Program-made: the position numbers and the translations under genes | The notes under the pieces: model-generated | Databases searched by the model: none | The model's input: the letters and a program-made list of their open reading frames with translations, nothing else | What the model was told of the DNA's origin: nothing | Part shown: piece after piece, positions 27,005 to 32,000 of the stretch | Layout: every line of letters begins with the position of its first letter | Position numbering within the stretch: the stretch's first letter is position 1 | NCBI GenBank assembly: GCA_951812855.1 | Contig: OX638337.1 | Coordinates: 510,001-542,000 of the forward strand | Length of the DNA stretch: 32,000 bases | Reading direction: 5' to 3' | Source of the DNA: an uncultured Lentisphaeria bacterium | Lineage (GTDB): Bacteria; Verrucomicrobiota; Lentisphaeria; JABSQK01; JAJFLO01

Positions 27005-28354
27005 ATGCAAGAAGCCTGGGAAATCATTTCAAACCTGGTCCGCTCGCGGAAATCTGACCAGCTTGAGCAATATTTAGATACACTGTCCAGAGCAGAGAAA
27101 GCACGTGCAATTTCGCGATTGGAGGACGATGTTCACTCGCATGTTCTTGAGTGTTTGTCTAACGAAGCGGCTGCTGATTTAATGGAAGATATATTTGATA
27201 ATCAGGCAGTGGAACTGATAGAAGACCTTCCAATTGATAAAGCAGCAGCCATTGTTGATGAAATGGTCAGTGATGAACAGGCTGACTTACTTGGACATTT
27301 AGAAGAAGATCACAAGGAAGAGATTCTTCAAAAGATGGATCCGGAGGAGGCAGTTGATGCCCGCTTGCTTGTCCAGTTTCCTGAAGATACTGCCGGTGGT
27401 ATGATGGTAACTGAATACCTGTCATTTTCCGAATTGTTAAGAGCCAAAGATGTTATCGATAATCTACGTAATAACGGTGATGAATATTCAGATTACGATG
27501 TGCAGTATATTTACGTAATCTCTAAAACGGGATTACTAAAGGGAATATTACCGTTGAGAAGCATTTTATTATCAGCTAAAAATACCTCATTGAATGAATT
27601 ATCGATTAAAAATCCGTTAACTGTTTCAACTGAAACAACACTCGATGAGTTGAAAAAAATATTTGGAAAATATGATTTTATCGGTATACCTGTTACAGAT
27701 GACACAGGACAACTTGTTGGTGTTGTCCTCAGAAAAGCTGTATTAGAAGCTGTTGACGAAATGATTGGAAAATCCTTCTTAAATTTTAGTGGTATTGTCG
27801 GTGGTGAAGAATTAAGAAGTATGCCACTGTTTACCCGGTCTTTTCATCGACTTTCCTGGTTATCTGTTAACATTTTTTTAAATATTATTGCAGCCAGTGT
27901 GATCGCATTTTATCAAGATACATTAACCACTGTAATTGCACTGGCAGTGTTTTTACCGATCATATCAGATATGAGCGGTTGTTCAGGAAATCAGGCTGTT
28001 GCTGTCAGTATTCGAGAATTAAGCTTAGGCCAGGTTAAGCCTGATGAACTGATACGAGTATTATTTAAAGAAGCAGGAATAGGAATCATTAACGGTATTA
28101 TTTTAGGTCTTTTAATTGGTGGAGTGGCATTTTGTTGGAAAGGGAATTTCTACCTTGGACTGGTTGTAGGAGGTGCACTTGCGTTGAACTCTCTATTCGC
28201 AGTGTGTTTAGGCGGATCGATTCCGTTGGTATTAAAACACTTCAAAATGGATCCGGCTTTAGCGTCATCTCCAATCTTGACGACAATAACAGATATGTGC
28301 GGTTTCTTTATGGTATTGTCATTTGCACAATCGATATTGCCCAAACTAAATTAA
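27005..28354 (+). CDS. mgtE: magnesium transporter MgtE
   Basis: 449 aa. It has an acidic MgtE N-domain, a CBS pair (GGMMVTEY..., FIGIPVTDDTGQLVGVV) and a TM domain with PIISDMSGCSGNQAVAV. Confidence 0.95.
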   Translation: MQEAWEIISNLVRSRKSDQLEQYLDTLSRAEKARAISRLEDDVHSHVLECLSNEAAADLMEDIFDNQAVELIEDLPIDKAAAIVDEMVSDEQADLLGHLEEDHKEEILQKMDPEEAVDARLLVQFPEDTAGGMMVTEYLSFSELLRAKDVIDNLRNNGDEYSDYDVQYIYVISKTGLLKGILPLRSILLSAKNTSLNELSIKNPLTVSTETTLDELKKIFGKYDFIGIPVTDDTGQLVGVVLRKAVLEAVDEMIGKSFLNFSGIVGGEELRSMPLFTRSFHRLSWLSVNIFLNIIAASVIAFYQDTLTTVIALAVFLPIISDMSGCSGNQAVAVSIRELSLGQVKPDELIRVLFKEAGIGIINGIILGLLIGGVAFCWKGNFYLGLVVGGALALNSLFAVCLGGSIPLVLKHFKMDPALASSPILTTITDMCGFFMVLSFAQSILPKLN

Positions 28355-28384
28355 AGAATGAATTGTAAATAAGTTATTTATTTA

Positions 28385-28468
28385 GCCAGAGTGGCGGAAC
28401 TGGCAGACGCGCTGCGTTCAGGTCGCAGTGCCCGCAAAGGCGTGAGGGTTCGAATCCCTCCTCTGGTA
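28385..28468 (+). tRNA. tRNA-Leu (anticodon CAG), type II with long variable arm
   Basis: Folded by hand. The acceptor stem is GCCAGAG/CTCTGGT (one G-U pair). The D arm is GCG...CGC. The anticodon stem is CTGCG/CGCAG with loop TTCAGGT. The variable arm is GCC-CGCAAA-GGC. The T arm is GAGGG-TTCGAAT-CCCTC, the discriminator is A, and CCA is not encoded. Confidence 0.9.
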
Positions 28469-28597
28469 CTATTTCTCATAGAACTTATGGTTAGAAAATA
28501 AATTCAATAAACGCCATACAAATTTATTCCATAGAATGACGAATGAATAAAAATTAAATTTTACAAATTGAATGTCACCAGACTGCCAATTCAAAAG

Positions 28598-29011
28598 ATG
28601 AAACTGTTTATTCTCCCACATAAGAAATCAGAATTACTATTTTTGAATTCTGCCTGCCTTGAATTGTCACTTCCAGTTGCAATCGAATGGTCAACACACC
28701 ATCTAAATTGCCTCATCAGCGACTTGGTCATGCTGCCTGAAAGAGGTAATTTAAAGCAACCATCTACACGTCCGCGGAATCTTGAGAAAGAACTCGAAAA
28801 AGTCGGAGCCATAATTATTTTTCACGGCTTCAAACAGGACCAAATCAAGAAAGTTGTCCAGTATTATAAAAAGAACAGGAAATGGCCAATTTTTGCTGTT
28901 GTCACTCCCGCGTCGCTGAAAATGAATCTGGAATGCCTTATTGGTCATTTACTGTCTGATCGATCTGAAGAAAAGGAAATAAGGCAAAAACAAAAAAATC
29001 TTCAACTATAA
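28598..29011 (+). CDS. hypothetical protein, DUF3783-like
   Basis: Starting at MKLFIL, the C-terminal part IIIFHGFKQDQIKKVVQYYKKNRKWPIFAVVTPASLKMNLECLIGHL resembles DUF3783 as I recall it (v..gf....l......lrk.......kAv.Tp.n..W....L). The listed TTG start at 28568 is less likely. Confidence 0.45.
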   Translation: MKLFILPHKKSELLFLNSACLELSLPVAIEWSTHHLNCLISDLVMLPERGNLKQPSTRPRNLEKELEKVGAIIIFHGFKQDQIKKVVQYYKKNRKWPIFAVVTPASLKMNLECLIGHLLSDRSEEKEIRQKQKNLQL

Positions 29012-29070
29012 ATTAACCGCTTTTTGACAATGTTAAGCTACCCGAAAAGCCATACTAAGGTTTACTCTGA

Positions 29071-30491
29071 CTAATCTTTAACAGAGATTGCTGCAGCAAC
29101 TCTATCATTTGGTCTGATTTTTAATGCCTCTCTAAAATCATGTTCAGCAAGCTTATAGTTTGTACGCTTAAAATAATTGGTACCCCGATTAATGAGTGCT
29201 CCAAAATGTTTCGGATCCTTCGCTATAATATTGCTATAACAGACAATTGCTTCGTTATATTTTTCATGGAAAGAATAGCATGCTCCAGCCATAGAAAAGA
29301 TGGAATTAGAATCAAACATATGATCTGGAGAATTATCATGCAGAATTGGATTATCTGTTTCATAAGCCCAGGTCATTAGCTTAAACAAATCACCCCATAC
29401 CCGGCTGTATAAAATTGTGTACGTTGCTAAACATAAAAAATACAGCCCTGTCATCATGATCAAATGAATTTCACTATGGGTTGTTTTACAATGTTATTTA
29501 CTAAAATGTAAAATTTACTTATAACAATATTTGTCCCACAGTCATCAAAAGAAGGATACACTCCACGCACTGAGTGCTCTACAAAAAAACCAATGATCAT
29601 CAATATGAAAATTGAGGGAATTAGATTATACCTGTCTGCAACATCAATGGCACCGAGCGAAAAGATGCCTATGACCGGTGCAACTGAAATTGGATACGTT
29701 AAGAGTAGGGGAAACAAAAATTTACAAGAATACTTTTGATTTCTCCTGTAACTCATAATCAAAAGAGTTACTGCCGGACAATAAAAAACTACAACTGAGA
29801 TAATCAAATGGTGTGAAACAATGATTTTAGGATAAAACGGATTCAGGTCAAACGGAAAAATAAACTTTCCCAAATACCAATAAAAATTTTGCGAGATTAC
29901 GATAATTCGATGAAAAATATCCTGGTTTGCCCGGATTGCACCTCCCGGAGAGAGTATCGTTACGGGAATGACAGCGATTACAGCAACAAAATAAGGTGAA
30001 AGCAGTTTAAAACTCTGGATAAATGAAAAATCTGAACGTCGTTGCCATTCATATAACATTAATATAAAGGGAAGAGTTACAGCAATAGATTTGGAGAATA
30101 AAGCCAATATAAAAAGAAAGAAAGGTCCCCAGTACGACTTTCCCAGCTTATTTGGAGATAGTTTTATAAACCAATATAAAGCCCAAATATAAAATGCTGA
30201 GCAGAGTACGTCCTTCCGTTCAGAAATCCAAACCAAAGATTCAACTCGTTGTGGATGGATGATAAAAAGGATTGTTAAGAGCAGGGATAAAATTGGTCGG
30301 ATACCAACTAAAGTAAAAACACAATACAATCCAACCGCGGTTAAACTGAACCACCCCCTAAGAAAGGCGAATAGAACACTTTGGTTTCTTGTGGAATAAA
30401 ATTTGATACCTCCATTACACCACGAGATTTGCCACCTGCATATCTCAAAGGCGATCTTGGCTCTCTTTTCAATATCATCATTGTTTTGCAC
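29071..30491 (-). pseudogene. PMT_2-like multi-TM glycosyltransferase with C-terminal TPR, N-terminally truncated and split by a frameshift
   Basis: The motif FIIHPQRVESLVWISERKDVL is characteristic of this membrane/TPR family. The family normally forms one polypeptide. Here the membrane part (29460..30491) ends in a TGA that overlaps the TTG of the TPR part (29071..29463) in another frame. Upstream, the frame is open but has no ATG and reads as low-complexity sequence (NHPAKNFRQNPNPHPKTKQPNLKKA). Confidence 0.5.
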
Positions 30492-30673
30492 CGCCTTTTT
30501 TAGGTTTGGTTGTTTTGTTTTTGGATGCGGGTTTGGGTTTTGCCGGAAATTTTTGGCAGGATGATTTTACTGAATGCGTCTTTGTTGATTACGGTAAGAA
30601 TTGTACCACTACAACCTTTCTTAAGTTGTATTTGACCTACAATACTTTTTAACAATACAAGCAAAGTCTCTGA

Positions 30674-30956
30674 CTAAAATAAATTAGAATTGATAACATG
30701 AAAACCTGTTGAGCACACAGTGCGTTTTGAAAAACGCCCATCAAAAATCCGCACCCCCGCCGCGCGACTCTCTTCCACCGCATCATGTGGCACCAACACA
30801 TAACGCCAGGGGCTTGCCGCTGTTGGCCTGTAAATAATCGCTGGCAGTTTGTTCGTCTTGCTCAATGGCAATTTCTACGGCTCGCCTGGCACATTCTAAT
30901 AAATGCTTGGATTGTTTTCGCAAGATGTAAGGATTGGGTGATTTGGCGCGGTGTTA
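30674..30956 (-). pseudogene. GC-rich remnant resembling the C-terminal tail of a Res/HsdR-type restriction helicase
   Basis: The two frames join as ...LLECARRAVEIAIEQDEQTASDYLQANSGKP / WRYVLVPHDAVEESRA.... The W.Y.LVP...v tail is recalled from restriction helicase subunits. The stretch is visibly GC-richer than both flanks. Confidence 0.3.
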
Positions 30957-32000
30957 TTATGGCCTATCAAACTCAAAAATTGATTTTAATAAGCCTTGAT
31001 TATGGTAGGTTATTTTTTCAATTTTTCGCGGTTCGGTTGTGTAAAACGCATCTTTTGAATTAATTGCTTTGATGTGATGTGTTTTGTCAATGTTAGAAAA
31101 CGTTGCTTTATTTGGGTCTATAGCTAAAACAACATTCTTATTTTGATTGCGAGAAAATTCTTTGTGTGTGTTTTTGTGAATGTAAATTAAGTTTAAATGA
31201 TCATCTATCAATCTCGCTTCTGCTTTGTTACGGGCTAAGGCGATGGGGATAATGTGGTGCAGTTCAAATCTTGGCTTTTTTGCGACTGAATGAAAGAGAA
31301 AGTATTCTCTTTTTCGAATGGGACTTCTTTGCATTGTTGGTCGGAAAAATCCTGTTTTTCCCGTATTGAGGCGGAAGCCTTTATTGACCTCGACCTGAAA
31401 ATAGACGGTGGTCTTGAGCAGAGTCATTATTTGCTGTGATTGATTTTTCCAATTATGAAAATCTCGTTTTTCGGTTTTGTCGCCTGAAAAATTATTCGGG
31501 TCGGCGTATTTTTTTAATAAATGAATGACTTTTTTGTGTTGGTCTTTTTTCAGTACACGGTAGGAGCTTAACAATTCTATTTTGTCTAAATTTTCATTAT
31601 CATCTGATAAGATAAACATAAGCTCATAAATGCTGATTATCTCGGTTCTGTAATCGCTGCGGCTTATCACTTCTGCTAGGTGTGAAATTTTATTTCCAAA
31701 GAGTTTGTCTATAGCTTTGGTGAATATGTGATATTCTTTAATCAAAGAACTTGTCTTGATAAATTCAACTGCGCTTGGTGTCAATTGTCCGTGCAGAGTT
31801 TTTCTGTTAAAACTAGCTGGCCTAATTTTTTCTCTTTTCAAAAAACCCATTTTGTCTAAATCAGGAAAAAAGTTCTTTTTGAGAGAATTAATGGTGCCTT
31901 TTCCTATTTTTTCATTAACTCTGCCAACAATTTCTTTGTATTGTTCAAAATCTGTTTGGAGGTCGATATCTTTTTTGTAATCGCCGGGAGGAATTGCAAA
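30957..32000 (-). CDS. HNH-motif nuclease, N-terminus beyond the right window edge
   Basis: The listed ORF 30957..31850 stays open for the 50 codons up to base 32000 (FAIPPGDYKKDIDLQTDFEQYKEIVGRVNEKIGKGTINSLKKNFFPDLDK-M...). The C-terminal third contains ELHHIIPIALARN...IDDHLNLIYIHKNTHKEF (HNH / beta-beta-alpha-Me pattern). The rest is unrecognised. Confidence 0.6.
   Translation of the reverse strand, partial: FAIPPGDYKKDIDLQTDFEQYKEIVGRVNEKIGKGTINSLKKNFFPDLDKMGFLKREKIRPASFNRKTLHGQLTPSAVEFIKTSSLIKEYHIFTKAIDKLFGNKISHLAEVISRSDYRTEIISIYELMFILSDDNENLDKIELLSSYRVLKKDQHKKVIHLLKKYADPNNFSGDKTEKRDFHNWKNQSQQIMTLLKTTVYFQVEVNKGFRLNTGKTGFFRPTMQRSPIRKREYFLFHSVAKKPRFELHHIIPIALARNKAEARLIDDHLNLIYIHKNTHKEFSRNQNKNVVLAIDPNKATFSNIDKTHHIKAINSKDAFYTTEPRKIEKITYHNQGLLKSIFEFDRP

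Noticed and set aside
29455-29470. The overlap of the TM and TPR ORFs as a programmed ribosomal frameshift site.
   Set aside because: There is no slippery heptamer or downstream structure at the junction (aaattcatttgatcatgatg). A simple frameshift mutation or a split gene is more parsimonious.

Overview
This is a visibly AT-rich bacterial chromosomal segment; GC content was judged by eye and not computed. It is of Gram-negative type, since LpxI and LspA are present. The backbone is ordinary housekeeping: uvrA, ychF, an MsbA-like ABC exporter, hflX, serC, xseA, a DksA/TraR-family protein, lspA, miaA, lipA, lpxI, a TPR protein, mgtE and tRNA-Leu(CAG). Between these genes there is an unusually high density of decayed gene fragments. 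I count at least 12: UvrB C-terminus-like, response-regulator receiver, DNA methyltransferase C-terminus plus SH3, MFS transporter, SAM methyltransferase, HpcH-type aldolase, parvulin, spermidine-synthase-like, PMT-type membrane/TPR protein, Res/HsdR-like C-terminus, and possibly a tRNA 3' end. Several of them sit in visibly GC-richer patches. The window also holds a VapBC-type toxin-antitoxin cassette that replaced the 3' half of the MFS gene, and a nested direct-repeat block that overlaps the start of a cadherin-like surface protein gene. A 29-codon bS22-like basic ORF lies below the ORF-track size cutoff. An HNH-motif nuclease gene runs off the right edge. I saw no transposase, integrase, CRISPR array or rRNA. 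I did not find a complete, clearly novel multi-gene system inside the window. The best leads are the open-ended HNH nuclease locus downstream of tRNA-Leu, the MFS::VapBC fusion, and the repeat block at 3.86-4.04 kb. All family assignments are motif recognition by eye from memory and need profile searches to confirm.
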